This document shows, piece by piece, positions 38,501 to 49,027 of a stretch of DNA of 64,000 bases. The notes beneath the pieces were generated by a model. It was not told the origin of the DNA, did not search any database, and was given only the letters and a program-made list of their open reading frames with translations. The stretch comes from Gemmatimonadales bacterium (lineage in GTDB: Bacteria > Gemmatimonadota > Gemmatimonadetes > Gemmatimonadales > GWC2-71-9): the NCBI GenBank assembly GCA_039794085.1, contig JBDIWC010000001.1:1-64000 (forward strand), given 5' to 3'. Every line of letters starts with the position of its first letter. Positions within the stretch are counted from its first letter, which is position 1. The translations under genes and the position numbers were made by a program.

Positions 38501-39855
38501 GCGACTCCCGCCGCCAGCTCCCCTCCGTGGATCGGATCCTGCAGGAGGCCTCCGAGCACCCCCGCTTACGCACGGCACCACGTCCGCATCTGGTGAGGGA
38601 GATCAGGGCGCTCCTGTCCGACCTCCGCGCGCGGCGGAGTCCCTTCCCCGAGGACTGGGCGGACACCGTGGCCGATCGGATGGAAACCGAACGGCGTCCT
38701 TCGCTCCACGCCGTGATCAACGCCACGGGGGTGGTGCTGCACACCAACCTGGGCCGTGCTCCCCTGGCGGAGGAGGCCGTCGCCGCCCTGGTTGAGGTGG
38801 CCCGGAGCTACAGCACGCTGGAGTACGATGTAGCCACCGGTACCCGGGGCAGCCGTCACGACCATGCCGCCCCCGTTCTGGCCCGATTGACCGGAGGTGA
38901 GGAGGCGCTGATCGTCAACAACGCCGCCGGTGCCCTGGTGCTTGCTCTGAACGAGGTGGCCGCAGGACGTGAGGTGATCATCTCGCGGGGGGAACTCATC
39001 GAGATCGGAGGGGCGTTCCGGATTCCGGACATTCTGGAGCGCAGTGGAGCACGGCTTCGGGAGGTCGGCACCACAAACCGCACCCATCTCGAAGACTACG
39101 CGCAGGCCATCGGCCCGGACACCGGGGCCCTGCTGATCGTGCACCGTTCCAACTTTGCCCAGACCGGATTCACGGCCACGCCGTCCCCCACCGACCTGGC
39201 CGCCCTCGGACGAGCGCACGGTTTTCCCGTGCTGTATGATGTGGGCAGCGGACTCCTCGCCGACCTGACCGAGTTCGGGATCCGGGATGAACCGCGAATC
39301 CAGGATGCCATCCGAACGGGGGTCGATCTCGTTCTCTTCAGTGGGGACAAGCTGCTCGGCGGCCCGCAGGCCGGATGTCTCGCCGGACGACGCGACCTGA
39401 TCCGCAACGCCCGCCGCAATCCCCTGGCCCGGGCCCTGCGGGCGGACAAGTTCACCCTGGCTGCCCTGGAGGCGACCCTGGCTCTCTACCGCGATCCCGA
39501 TACCGCCCTCTCCCGGGTTCCGGTCCTGCGCATGCTGACCCGGTCCCCGGCCAGCCTGCGCGCAGCCGCCCTGCACCTCCGGGATCTGACTCCCCCGGAA
39601 TTCCACCCGATTCTGACGGAAGGTACCTCGGCGGTGGGGGGAGGAGCCCTTCCCGACCAGGACCTTCCCACCACGCTGCTCTCTCTGGATCCCGGGCCTC
39701 TGGGCGCGGACGGCCTCGCTCTCCGGCTTCGATTGGGAGATCCCTGCCTCGTCACCCGGGTCGGCTCGGGCCGGGTTCTCCTCGATCCCCGGACCCTCGA
39801 CGAGACCGATCCCGCCCTGGTGGCCCGGGCCTTGCTGACAGCATCACAATCATGA
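38497..39855 (+). CDS. selA: L-seryl-tRNA(Sec) selenium transferase
   Basis: VINATGVVLHTNLGRAP, NNAAGA, SRGELIEIGG.FRIPD, EVGTTNRT, FSGDKLLGGPQ. Confidence 0.95.
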   Translation: MSDSRRQLPSVDRILQEASEHPRLRTAPRPHLVREIRALLSDLRARRSPFPEDWADTVADRMETERRPSLHAVINATGVVLHTNLGRAPLAEEAVAALVEVARSYSTLEYDVATGTRGSRHDHAAPVLARLTGGEEALIVNNAAGALVLALNEVAAGREVIISRGELIEIGGAFRIPDILERSGARLREVGTTNRTHLEDYAQAIGPDTGALLIVHRSNFAQTGFTATPSPTDLAALGRAHGFPVLYDVGSGLLADLTEFGIRDEPRIQDAIRTGVDLVLFSGDKLLGGPQAGCLAGRRDLIRNARRNPLARALRADKFTLAALEATLALYRDPDTALSRVPVLRMLTRSPASLRAAALHLRDLTPPEFHPILTEGTSAVGGGALPDQDLPTTLLSLDPGPLGADGLALRLRLGDPCLVTRVGSGRVLLDPRTLDETDPALVARALLTASQS

Positions 39856-40418
39856 CCTCTCTCACTCCTGCTGTGTTCCTCGACCGCGACAACACCGTGC
39901 TCCGGGACCCGGGTTTCATGAGAGACCCCGATCGGGTCGCCCTCATGCCGGGCGCGGGGGCGGCGATTCGCCGGCTCAACGAGGCCGGTCTTCCCGTGAT
40001 CATCGTCACCAACCAGAGCGGAATGGCTCGCGGAATCGTGACCCCCGCGGAATACGCCGCCGTGACGGACCGGATGCATGCCCTCCTGGCCCGGGACAAC
40101 GCGACGCTCACCGGGGTGTACCACTGCCCGCATCTCCCCGAATTGAGCGGAGAGTGCGAATGCCGGAAGCCGGGAACGCTTCTCTACCGGCACGCGGCCC
40201 GGGAGCACCATCTCGACCTCGAGCGGAGCTGGTACGTGGGAGACCGGCTCACCGACGTGCTCGCCGCCACGACCCTGGGAGGACACGGCATTCTGCTCGC
40301 CAGCGGGACCATCGCCGATGACGATGCCCGGGATCGCGGGTACGCCGTGGTGGACGATCTGGCCGGTGTCGCGGCACGCGTGCTGGCGGAGAGCGCCCGG
40401 TCCGTCTCCCTGATCTGA
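39852..40418 (+). CDS. gmhB: D-glycero-D-manno-heptose 1,7-bisphosphate phosphatase-like HAD hydrolase
   Basis: AVFLDRD, VTNQSG, CPH...CECRKP, VGDR.TD. Confidence 0.88.
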   Translation: MTSLTPAVFLDRDNTVLRDPGFMRDPDRVALMPGAGAAIRRLNEAGLPVIIVTNQSGMARGIVTPAEYAAVTDRMHALLARDNATLTGVYHCPHLPELSGECECRKPGTLLYRHAAREHHLDLERSWYVGDRLTDVLAATTLGGHGILLASGTIADDDARDRGYAVVDDLAGVAARVLAESARSVSLI

Positions 40419-40428
40419 AAAAAGAACG

Positions 40429-40745
40429 GCTCCTCAGGCTTCGGCATGGGTCCATGTTCAGCCGGAGCGCCTCTCCTCACCCGGGGAGCCAACCACAAAA
40501 AGCACAAAGGGCACAAACCTGCAACCTGAGCACCGGGGCCTCACCTCCCCCCCGGAAGAAACCACGGATGACACCCGATGACGCAGAGGGAAGTGAGTTC
40601 TGCCCAGACTGCTCCCAAGTCGAGTCAGCGTGGGGGGCGACTCACCCTCCGCGGGATCTCGTGTTTCTTGTGCCTTTGTGCCTCTTGTGGCCATTCCCCC
40701 GCCCGCCGGGCCGCCGGAGCCCCTCGGCTCACTCCAAAATCCACC
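40429..40745 (+). mobile_element. dispersed non-coding element (MITE/REP-like), copy 1
   Basis: Colinear with the reverse complement of 54142-54520 over its whole length. Internal CACAAA/TTGTG inverted arms. Confidence 0.75.
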
Positions 40746-41019
40746 CCCAAGAAGGCCGAAGAGCCCCGGGAAATGGTTGGTTGAAGTTCCCCTCACCCAC
40801 CCTCACCCACACAAAACCCGGATGAGCCAAAAGAACGAGTCCATCGCGGGCGTATGAGCGCGAACGGGTCCGAAACAGAGAGAAATGGAACGGGCGATTC
40901 GCAAGAGAGGGTTCCGGTTCCACCGCGCGCTTTGCGGGGAGACCGACCCGAGCCGGGATGGTGGGGCCCGTTCGTTAGTTGTGTGGTGCCCGTGGTGCCG
41001 GGAGCGGGGTCTGAAGCGA

Positions 41020-41622
41020 TCAGCGCCGCTCGGCGAGGGTCTGAATCCGCCGAAAGTGCCTTTCATCGTGAACGGTCAGCACGGCGAAGCAGTCTCCCAG
41101 ATTCAATCGGACAAGTCGTGACGCGGGAGACGTGACTCGCGTACGATCCCAATCCACCGATTCCGCATCGCCCATCAGTCGCTCGGTGGACTCGAGCGCG
41201 GTGAGATAGCGTTCGAGAACGGTGGGAACCACGCTCTGATCCACCCGGAAGGCCTTCGGTGCCGGCAACCGCCGGGCCCCTTGCAGTGCGTGGACCATCA
41301 GTCCTCCCATCCAGGTCGATCGCCAGGGCGTGTCACCGTGACCGGGAGGTGGGGCCCGACTCAGGACCCGTCGCACCCGATCCGCGTAGAGCTGATGAGT
41401 CACCACGAGATGTTGCAGGACCTGATTCACAGACCATCCCCCGTCGGACGGACTCGTCTCTCGCCGACTCGCACTCAGGGTGTCCCGGTAGGAGATGGCC
41501 TGCTCCCGCAGGGCGTCGATGGCCTCGTGCAGTGCGACATGGAGTGCCTCCTGCGGCACGGGATGCACCAGCCGCTGGCGGAAGAAACCAATTTCGGGAA
41601 GGGGGGGCGGACGAGGGGACAT
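41020..41622 (-). CDS. DinB-family protein
   Basis: WSVNQVLQHL, SP...LVRLNLGD, HDERHF. Confidence 0.8.
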   Translation of the reverse strand: MSPRPPPLPEIGFFRQRLVHPVPQEALHVALHEAIDALREQAISYRDTLSASRRETSPSDGGWSVNQVLQHLVVTHQLYADRVRRVLSRAPPPGHGDTPWRSTWMGGLMVHALQGARRLPAPKAFRVDQSVVPTVLERYLTALESTERLMGDAESVDWDRTRVTSPASRLVRLNLGDCFAVLTVHDERHFRRIQTLAERR

Positions 41623-41713
41623 GGTGAGGGGAAAGATAAAGACAAGGACGGAGGATGCAGGACAGAGGACATAGCTCCCCTCGGTGCCCCCGCTCGGTTA
41701 CGTTTCTCCCCCT

Positions 41714-42322
41714 ATGCCTGGATATCGCGTGGCGGTCTGTGTGTCGGGGCGCGGGAGCAATCTCGCGGCCCTGATCGACGGGCTCCGGGGAACGGACGCC
41801 GGTGTGGTTCTGGCGCTGTCCAACCGGTCCGATGCCGCGGCCCTGGCGGTGGCGGAGGCCCACGCCATCCCGACCCACGTCTTCACCGACTCGGCCGATT
41901 CCGGAGAGTGGTTGCGGACGCTGGAAACCCGGCGGATCGACCTCGTGGCCCTGGCCGGCTATCTGAAGGTGGTGCCTCCGGACGTGACCGAGGCGTGGGC
42001 CGGCCGGATGATCAACATCCATCCCTCGCTCCTTCCCGCCCATGGTGGTGCTGGAATGTACGGGATGCGCGTGCACCGGGCCGTGCTTGCCGCCGGCGAT
42101 CCGGTGAGCGGGGCGACCGTCCACCTGGTGACCCGGGAGTACGACCAGGGTCCGGTCCTCGGGCAGGAGCGTGTCCCCGTCCTGCCCGACGACACTCCGG
42201 AGGCCCTCGCGGCCCGGGTGCTCGCCGTCGAACATCCCCTCCTGGTCGCCGCGGTCCGCGCGGCAGCCCGGGCCGGCCGTCCCGTTCCCTTCACGACGTC
42301 TCCCGTTCCCTCCTCCCCCTGA
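41714..42322 (+). CDS. purN: phosphoribosylglycinamide formyltransferase
   Basis: [36 protein letters not shown]...YD.GP. Confidence 0.97.
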   Translation: MPGYRVAVCVSGRGSNLAALIDGLRGTDAGVVLALSNRSDAAALAVAEAHAIPTHVFTDSADSGEWLRTLETRRIDLVALAGYLKVVPPDVTEAWAGRMINIHPSLLPAHGGAGMYGMRVHRAVLAAGDPVSGATVHLVTREYDQGPVLGQERVPVLPDDTPEALAARVLAVEHPLLVAAVRAAARAGRPVPFTTSPVPSSP

Positions 42323-42335
42323 GTCCGGACCCGCC

Positions 42336-43865
42336 ATGCCTCGTGCGTTGATTTCCGTCAGTGACAAACGCGGGATCGTGGATTTTGCCCGGGGGCTGGT
42401 GGCTCTGGGGTGGGATCTGGTGTCCACCGGGGGGACGGCGGCCACGCTCCGGAAGGCCGGGCTTCCGGTCACGTCGGTGGACACCATCACCGGGTTTCCG
42501 GAAATCCTGGACGGCCGGGTCAAGACCCTGCACCCCGCCATCCACGCCGGCCTCCTGGCGTGCGTCGACAACCCGAATCATGTCCAGACCCTCGCCGATC
42601 ACGGACTGCTTCTGTTCGACCTCGTGGCCGTCAATCTCTATCCGTTCCAGGCCACCGTGGCCAACCCCTCCGTTACGTTCGAGAACGCCATCGAGAACAT
42701 CGATGTGGGCGGTCCAACGATGCTGCGCGCGGCGGCCAAGAACCACGCGCGCGTGGTGCCGGTGGTCAACCCGATTGACTATCCCCGCATCCTCGAGATG
42801 CTTCGGGAGGGGGGTATCCCGCCGGAGTGCCGCCGCGAGCTCGCCGCCAAGGTTTTCACTCATGTCGCCGACTACGACGCGGCGATCGCGCGGTACCTGA
42901 CCGTGCATGAGGACGGACTTCCGAGCCGGATCAACCTCTCCATCGAGCGGAAGCAGACCCTCCGGTACGGCGAAAACCCCACCCAGCGCGCGGCCCTCTA
43001 CGTGACCGAGGAGCCCCGGGGATTCGGGGACATGCGCCAGCTCCACGGCAAGGAGCTCTCGTTCAACAATCTGCTCGACATGGACGCCGCCGTGCAGGTA
43101 CTGACGGCCTGGCCCCACACGCCCGCCTGCGTCATCATCAAGCACACCACACCCTGCGGCGTGGCCACCGGCCGCACGGCCCTGGAGGCCCTCACCCGGG
43201 CCCGGGAGACCGACCCGGTCTCCTCATTCGGATCGGTGATCGGCCTCAACACCGCCGTGGACCGGCCGGTCGCCGAGGCCCTGGACGACCTTTTCGTGGA
43301 GGTCGTGGTGGCCCCCTCGGTCAGCGGAGAGGCGCGCGAGGTCTTCCGGCGAAAGAAGAACCTGCGGGTGGTTGAGGTGCCGGTGGCCACCGTGCCCGGG
43401 ACACTCGATTGGAAGCGGGTCCGGGGAGGGTTCCTCATCCAGGACCGGTTCGTCGTCGATCCGAGCGAAGAGGGGTGGAAGGTGGTGACGACCCGCATGC
43501 CAACCCCCGAAGAGTGGGAGGACCTCCGGTTCGCCTGGGCCGCCGTGGCGGGGGTGAAGTCCAACGCCATCCTGCTGGCGCGCCAGCAACGAGCCATCGG
43601 AATAGGGGCCGGTCAAATGAGCCGCGTCGATGCCACCTTCCTGGCGGTCCACAAGGCTCGGGAGGCCAAGCACCCTCTCGCCGGAGCCGTGCTGGCCTCC
43701 GACGCCTTCTTCCCCTTCCCGGACGGGGTCGAGGTCGCCGCGGAAGCCGGGATCGCGGCCTGCATCCAACCGGGGGGCTCCATTCGCGACGCCGACGTGA
43801 TCGCCGCGGCGGACCGCCTCGGGATGGCCATGGTGTGCACCGGCGTCCGCCAGTTCCGTCATTAG
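42336..43865 (+). CDS. purH: bifunctional AICAR transformylase / IMP cyclohydrolase
   Basis: [43 protein letters not shown]. Confidence 0.99.
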   Translation: MPRALISVSDKRGIVDFARGLVALGWDLVSTGGTAATLRKAGLPVTSVDTITGFPEILDGRVKTLHPAIHAGLLACVDNPNHVQTLADHGLLLFDLVAVNLYPFQATVANPSVTFENAIENIDVGGPTMLRAAAKNHARVVPVVNPIDYPRILEMLREGGIPPECRRELAAKVFTHVADYDAAIARYLTVHEDGLPSRINLSIERKQTLRYGENPTQRAALYVTEEPRGFGDMRQLHGKELSFNNLLDMDAAVQVLTAWPHTPACVIIKHTTPCGVATGRTALEALTRARETDPVSSFGSVIGLNTAVDRPVAEALDDLFVEVVVAPSVSGEAREVFRRKKNLRVVEVPVATVPGTLDWKRVRGGFLIQDRFVVDPSEEGWKVVTTRMPTPEEWEDLRFAWAAVAGVKSNAILLARQQRAIGIGAGQMSRVDATFLAVHKAREAKHPLAGAVLASDAFFPFPDGVEVAAEAGIAACIQPGGSIRDADVIAAADRLGMAMVCTGVRQFRH

Positions 43866-43896
43866 ACCACGTGACGACATCTTTCGAAACGAGCCC

Positions 43897-46179
43897 ATGA
43901 CCACGCCTCTCGCAGACCAGGCCCCGGACCTCCGCGGCTCCCCCCCCTATGGATGGGCCGCCGCCGTCAGCGTCGCCATTCTGGCGCTCTACGTCGTGAC
44001 CCTCGGGCCGACCACCGCCTTCTGGGACACGCCGGAGTACATCGCGGCCGCCAAGGTCCTGGGCATCCCCCACCCCCCGGGGAACCCTCTCTTCGTCGTT
44101 CTGGCACACGTGTTCGGGCTGCTTCCCCTCGCGGCGTCCTATGCCGAGCGGATCAACCTTTTCGCTGCCGTCACCAGCAGCCTGGCCGCAGGGCTCTGGT
44201 TTCTGGTCGCCGAGCGGTGGCTGAGGAGCATCGTGCCGTGGCGGGGAGCCCGGCTGGCGGCGTCCTTCGCGGGCATTCTCGTCGGGGCCACCGCCTGGAC
44301 GGTCTGGAACCAGTCGACGGTGAACGAGAAGGTCTACACCGTGTCCCTCCTCTCCATCGCGCTGGTGATGTGGTTGGCGGTCCACTGGGCCGATGACCGG
44401 TCCGGGAGCCATCGGGACCGGTGGCTCGTCATGATTGGATACGTGATCACGCTGTCGTCCACCAATCACATGATGGGAGTTCTGGTGGCCCCCGCCGTGG
44501 CCCTCTACGTCCTCTGGACCGATTGGCGCGAGGCGTTCCGACCCTGGGTTCTCCTCCTGGGCTGGACGACCCTGGTGGCGGTGACCGGCGTCTGGACCGG
44601 GGCGGTATCGGGCGACACCGTCGGCATCGCGGCGGTGGTGGTGTCCCTCGGCCTCCTCGTCTGGGCGGTGTCGAAGGATCCCCGGAGCTGGATGCCATGG
44701 CTCGTCGTCCTGGCGGTGGTGGTGGGCGTCTCCCTCAACTACATCTTCCTCCCCCTGCGCGCCGGCCAGTTCCCGGCGATCAATGAGGGGGAACCCACCA
44801 CCTGGAACGCCCTGCTCGACGTGCTCAACCGCGCCCAGTACGGCAAACCCTCGGTCATGCTGCGGCAGGCCGACCTCGTGGGCCAATTCGCCAACTACTG
44901 GCAATACTGGACCTGGCAATTCGCGCGCGACTGGCCGGCACTCTCCCGCCTCGCCACCGCGGTCTTCACGCTGCTCGGCGTGGGCGGTCTCCTGGCCCTG
45001 ATCAAGAGGGACCGGCGGGCGGGGTTTGCGGCTCTCGTCCTGTTCGGGACGTTGTCCGTCCTGCTCGTGTTTTACCTGAACTTCAAATACGGGTTCTCGA
45101 TGTTTCCCGACCGGCCCTCGCTCCCCCGCGAGGTCCGCGAGCGCGACTACTTCTTCGTGGCCTCGTTCGCCTTCTTCGGGACCCTGCTGGCCTTGGGCTT
45201 CGGCGCGGTCATCCGATGGCTCGCCGAGGCGATCGGCGATGGGTTGGGGAAGACGGCCGCACAGGCGTGGCCCCTCGCGACACCGGTGCTTCTCCTGGCC
45301 TTCATCCCGCTGGCCGGCAACCGGCTCACCGCGAGCCGGGCGCACGAAACGACCCCGCGTGACTTTGCCGTCGACCTGCTGGAGTCGGTGGAGCCCTACG
45401 GTATTCTCATCACCGCAGGCGACAACGACACCTTCCCGCTCTGGTTTGCCCAGGAGGTGCTCGGCGTGCGGCGGGACGTGACGCTGGCCAACCTCTCGCT
45501 CATGAACACCGAGTGGCATCTGAAACAGATCAGCCGCCGGCAGACGCCCCCGTTCGACAGTGCCTCCGCCGCCGGCATCTGGCAGGAGATGGCCGATCAG
45601 ATCGGTCCCCCTCCGCCCCGGCCGGCGCTCGACCTGCCGGAGGACGAGATCGACAGCCTCCCGGAGGTGATGCGGGCACCGGACGGAACCAACGGGTTGC
45701 GCTTCGGCGACATCACCCTGCGATTCGCGAGCGACATTCTCATGCGAGCCGATCTCGCCACGATCTTCCTGATCCGCGACAACCTCTCCACCCGGCCGAT
45801 CTTCTTTGCCTGGAGTGCAGCGGGCTACCCCGATGAAACCCTGGGGCTCACGCCGTACCTGGTGACCCACGGGCTGGTCCGGAAGCTGAATCCCACGCCC
45901 ATCGTGGGCGACAGCACCGTGGTGATGAGCCCCGGCCTCGGATGGGTGGATGTGGAACGGAGCCGGAAGCTCCTCTTCGAGACCTATCACTGGGAAAGCG
46001 CCGCGCGGGACCGACCCCGCGGCTGGGTGGACCAGCCCTCCCGGTCGATCCTCTCCCTCTACTCCGTGGTCTATGGGGGCCTGGCCGACACCTTCGCCAT
46101 GCTGGGCGACAGCACCGCCTCGGCCCGTGCCGATTCGATCGGATCCGCAGTCCAGCGCGGTCTCGCACCGCGCCGCTGA
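43897..46179 (+). CDS. DUF2723 (TMEM260-like) polytopic membrane protein, putative GT-C glycosyltransferase
   Basis: FWDTPEY, LGIPHPPGNP, E.YT, RERDYFF, GDNDTFPLW. Many TM helices. Confidence 0.88.
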   Translation: MTTPLADQAPDLRGSPPYGWAAAVSVAILALYVVTLGPTTAFWDTPEYIAAAKVLGIPHPPGNPLFVVLAHVFGLLPLAASYAERINLFAAVTSSLAAGLWFLVAERWLRSIVPWRGARLAASFAGILVGATAWTVWNQSTVNEKVYTVSLLSIALVMWLAVHWADDRSGSHRDRWLVMIGYVITLSSTNHMMGVLVAPAVALYVLWTDWREAFRPWVLLLGWTTLVAVTGVWTGAVSGDTVGIAAVVVSLGLLVWAVSKDPRSWMPWLVVLAVVVGVSLNYIFLPLRAGQFPAINEGEPTTWNALLDVLNRAQYGKPSVMLRQADLVGQFANYWQYWTWQFARDWPALSRLATAVFTLLGVGGLLALIKRDRRAGFAALVLFGTLSVLLVFYLNFKYGFSMFPDRPSLPREVRERDYFFVASFAFFGTLLALGFGAVIRWLAEAIGDGLGKTAAQAWPLATPVLLLAFIPLAGNRLTASRAHETTPRDFAVDLLESVEPYGILITAGDNDTFPLWFAQEVLGVRRDVTLANLSLMNTEWHLKQISRRQTPPFDSASAAGIWQEMADQIGPPPPRPALDLPEDEIDSLPEVMRAPDGTNGLRFGDITLRFASDILMRADLATIFLIRDNLSTRPIFFAWSAAGYPDETLGLTPYLVTHGLVRKLNPTPIVGDSTVVMSPGLGWVDVERSRKLLFETYHWESAARDRPRGWVDQPSRSILSLYSVVYGGLADTFAMLGDSTASARADSIGSAVQRGLAPRR

Positions 46180-46297
46180 GGCGCTCCGTCCGAACCTTCA
46201 GTTACTCCCCCCTTCGTCCGATAATCCCTGAACCGGAGGCCTTCGCCTCCGGTTGCCCGCTGTGCACGTCCACCCCGAGGATCATCGACAGGGTCCC

Positions 46298-46621
46298 ATG
46301 CAACACCTCCCCCTCGTCCTCGCTCAACCCGACATGGTCCTTGCCCGGCCGGTGCCGAATCCCAGCCAGCCGGATGGATTTCCCCTCTGCGGGGCGGGCA
46401 CCGTCCTCACGCCGGGACTGATCGGCCAGCTCAGTTCGAGGGGGGTGGGCATGGTGTCGGTCGAAGGGCACCCGGTGACCCTGCCGGGGGAACCCACCAT
46501 CGAGGATCTGCTGGAGGCCCTCGATCGCCGATTTGCCCGTTCGGCTCAGGATCCCCGAATGGCCATGCTTCGGCGGTTGTTCCGACAGCGGCTGAGCCGG
46601 GCGCATGAGGCGATCCCATGA
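46298..46621 (+). CDS. small hypothetical protein resembling the N-terminal module of HD-GYP proteins
   Basis: MVLARPV....G.PL...GTVLT...I..L...GV..V.VEG. ATGA overlap with the HDOD gene. Confidence 0.7.
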   Translation: MQHLPLVLAQPDMVLARPVPNPSQPDGFPLCGAGTVLTPGLIGQLSSRGVGMVSVEGHPVTLPGEPTIEDLLEALDRRFARSAQDPRMAMLRRLFRQRLSRAHEAIP

Positions 46622-47478
46622 CTGCTTCCACCCCCGAGGTCGGCGGGATATTCCGCACAGCCGAAACACTCCCCACCCTTCCCGGTGTCGTCCGGCGGCT
46701 CACGTTGATGGCGGACACCGGAACGGCCACGACCGAGGAAATGGCCCGGGTCGTGAACACCGACCAGGTGCTGGCCGGCAAGGTTCTCAAGCTTGTCAAC
46801 TCGGCCCTCTTCGGCTTTTCGGGACGCATTGCCACTGTTTCGGGAGCCATCATCCTGCTTGGCGTCAACGTGGTCAAGAGCCTCGCCGTCAGCAGTGCCG
46901 TGTTCGAGATCATGGAGAAGCATGTGCTCGGTCTCTGGACCCACTCCATGGGCGTGGCCGCGGCCGCCAATGTGCTGGCCACACGGCTGCGCCTCCCCGA
47001 TGTGGAGGAGATTGCCACCGCCGGCCTGCTCCACGACATCGGCAAGGTGGTGGTCAAGCTCACCTATCCCAAGGAAACCGAACGGCTGGATGGTCTCGCG
47101 GAGTCGGGGGGAATCACCATGGTCGAGGCGGAGCGCCAGCATCTGGGTGTGGACCACGCCGAAATCGGAGGACGGGTGGCGAAACATTGGCGGCTACCCG
47201 ACCGTCTGGTCGAGCCCATCGCCTTTCACCATGATGTGGCCCATTCCGTCGCCCACCGGCAGCGCACGGCCGTGATCCATGTGGCGGACATCCTGATTCG
47301 CGGCTCGGCGTTCGACGGCACCGTCCGGACGACGGTGCCCACCCTCGATCCTGCGGCCTGGGAATCCTTGGATCTGAACGAGGCTCTCCTGGAGACCGTG
47401 ATCGAGGAAATGGAAGAGCGGTTGGTGGATGTGACGAGCTTCTCCCTTGACATGCAGTCGGGACATGGCCGGTCGTAG
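46618..47478 (+). CDS. HDOD-domain protein
   Basis: LPTLP, D..LAGKVLKLVNS..FG, W.HS, AGLLHDIGK, DHAEIG...W.LP, HH. Confidence 0.93.
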   Translation: MTASTPEVGGIFRTAETLPTLPGVVRRLTLMADTGTATTEEMARVVNTDQVLAGKVLKLVNSALFGFSGRIATVSGAIILLGVNVVKSLAVSSAVFEIMEKHVLGLWTHSMGVAAAANVLATRLRLPDVEEIATAGLLHDIGKVVVKLTYPKETERLDGLAESGGITMVEAERQHLGVDHAEIGGRVAKHWRLPDRLVEPIAFHHDVAHSVAHRQRTAVIHVADILIRGSAFDGTVRTTVPTLDPAAWESLDLNEALLETVIEEMEERLVDVTSFSLDMQSGHGRS

Positions 47479-48442
47479 AATCGCCCTCCTGTGCCGGGAC
47501 GCGGAGCTGGCCGAGCACCTGGCCATCCGGCTCCAGAGCCGGGGAGACCACGTCATTCGGCTTACCGAAGGCTCCCAGATGCTCGGCATCATGTTTGCCG
47601 ATCCCCCGAGCCTCATGCTGATGGACCTGTCTCGTCCCGATACCGGCAGCGACACCCTGCTCCGCGACCTCCGGGATGACAGCTATTTCAGCGCCATCCC
47701 GATCATCGGGCTGGTCGAGGGGACGGCCCTGGAGGCCACGCAGTGGGGCTCCATGCCGATCGACGACTTTGTCACCCTGCCGATCCACTACCCGGAACTG
47801 TTCAGCCGACTCGACCTGGCCGGGACACGCATTGCCCGGGTGTTCGACAACAACCCGCTGACCCGCCTCCCCGGGAATACGTCCATCCAGCGAGCCATCG
47901 AGCAGTCCCTGGGCACGGATGTCGCGATTGCCTACCTCGACATCGACCGGTTCAAGCCCTTCAACGACCACTACGGATTCGACCGGGGTGACGAAATCCT
48001 CCGCATGCTGGCGCGGATCCTCTCCAACGCGGTGAAGGAGGGATCACCCGGCGGATTCGTCGGTCACATCGGAGGGGATGACTTCGTCTTCATCGTCCCT
48101 CTCGATCGGATGGAAGCCACCTGTGAAACAATCATCGCCCGGTTCACCCTGGTCGTGACCGACTGTTTCCCCGCCGAGGACAGGGCACGAGGCCATTACG
48201 TGGCCAGGGACCGCCAGCGGCGCACCCGGCCCATTCCCTTCCCCTCGCTGTCCATCGGTGTGGTCCAGGCCAACCATCCTTCCGCATGCCATGCGGCGGA
48301 GCTCATCGGGATCGCCACGGCGATGAAGAACATCGCCAAGCGCTCGGCGGGAAGCAGTCACGTCGTGGACCGCCGCACCACCCTCGGGGCCGCCGTCCCT
48401 GAGCCACTCGCCCCGGCTCTGGCACCCGGAGCCCGGCGGTGA
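47465..48442 (+). CDS. receiver-like domain + GGDEF (GGDDF) diguanylate cyclase
   Basis: PSLMLMD receiver core. NPLTRLPGN, YLDIDRFKPFNDHYGF..GD, HIGGDDF. Confidence 0.9.
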   Translation: MAGRRIALLCRDAELAEHLAIRLQSRGDHVIRLTEGSQMLGIMFADPPSLMLMDLSRPDTGSDTLLRDLRDDSYFSAIPIIGLVEGTALEATQWGSMPIDDFVTLPIHYPELFSRLDLAGTRIARVFDNNPLTRLPGNTSIQRAIEQSLGTDVAIAYLDIDRFKPFNDHYGFDRGDEILRMLARILSNAVKEGSPGGFVGHIGGDDFVFIVPLDRMEATCETIIARFTLVVTDCFPAEDRARGHYVARDRQRRTRPIPFPSLSIGVVQANHPSACHAAELIGIATAMKNIAKRSAGSSHVVDRRTTLGAAVPEPLAPALAPGARR

Positions 48443-48489
48443 TATGCTCCCCAAGAGTACTCAGTCCCCCTCTCAGCCCCGGAGGCTCC

Positions 48490-48900
48490 ATGCTGACCCT
48501 CGGATTCGAACTCGAACTTCCCACCGACCAGAGTGACGCGATCACCCAGGTGACCTCGGCGCTCCAGGCCGAGGGATTCGGGGTCGTGTCGCGCATCGAC
48601 ATGCACACGACATTTCGAGAGAAGCTGAACGTCGACTTTCGCCCCTACACCATCCTGGGCGTGTGCCAACCCTCCCTCGCCCATCGCGCCCTCCAGCACG
48701 AACCCGGCATCGGATTGATGCTCCCCTGCAATGTCACCGTCGAGGCCGCTCCATCCGGTGGCACCCGCGTCCGGATCGCGAATCCCGACGGCGTCATGAC
48801 CGTGGGCGACTACCATGTGGACCCGGAACTCCGCGCCATCGCCGCGGAGGCCCGTACCCGCCTCGAACGGGTCATGGACTCGCTCGACGGCACAACCTGA
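48490..48900 (+). CDS. DUF302 family protein
   Basis: GFGVVSRID, Y.ILGVC.P, IGLMLPCNV.V. GGAGG RBS. Confidence 0.9.
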   Translation: MLTLGFELELPTDQSDAITQVTSALQAEGFGVVSRIDMHTTFREKLNVDFRPYTILGVCQPSLAHRALQHEPGIGLMLPCNVTVEAAPSGGTRVRIANPDGVMTVGDYHVDPELRAIAAEARTRLERVMDSLDGTT

Positions 48901-49027
48901 GCCCCTTCCCCCATCACCATCACCCGCGCCGTTCCCATTGGGGCGGCGCGGTGCTCATGGGCTCCTTCCGGGCATCCCGGATCTGTGATCCCGTTAGCTT
49001 TCCCCCATGTCGCCCCGCACCCCGCGC

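Noticed and set aside
40454..40825. ORFs 40454-40825 and 54041-54556 share peptide similarity
   Set aside because: The similarity comes from the non-coding repeat, and indels break the frame between copies. Only the last 33 codons of the second ORF are real (higB).
48923..48952. Hairpin after DUF302 as an intrinsic terminator
   Set aside because: A GC stem is present but there is no U-tract, so it could not be called with confidence.
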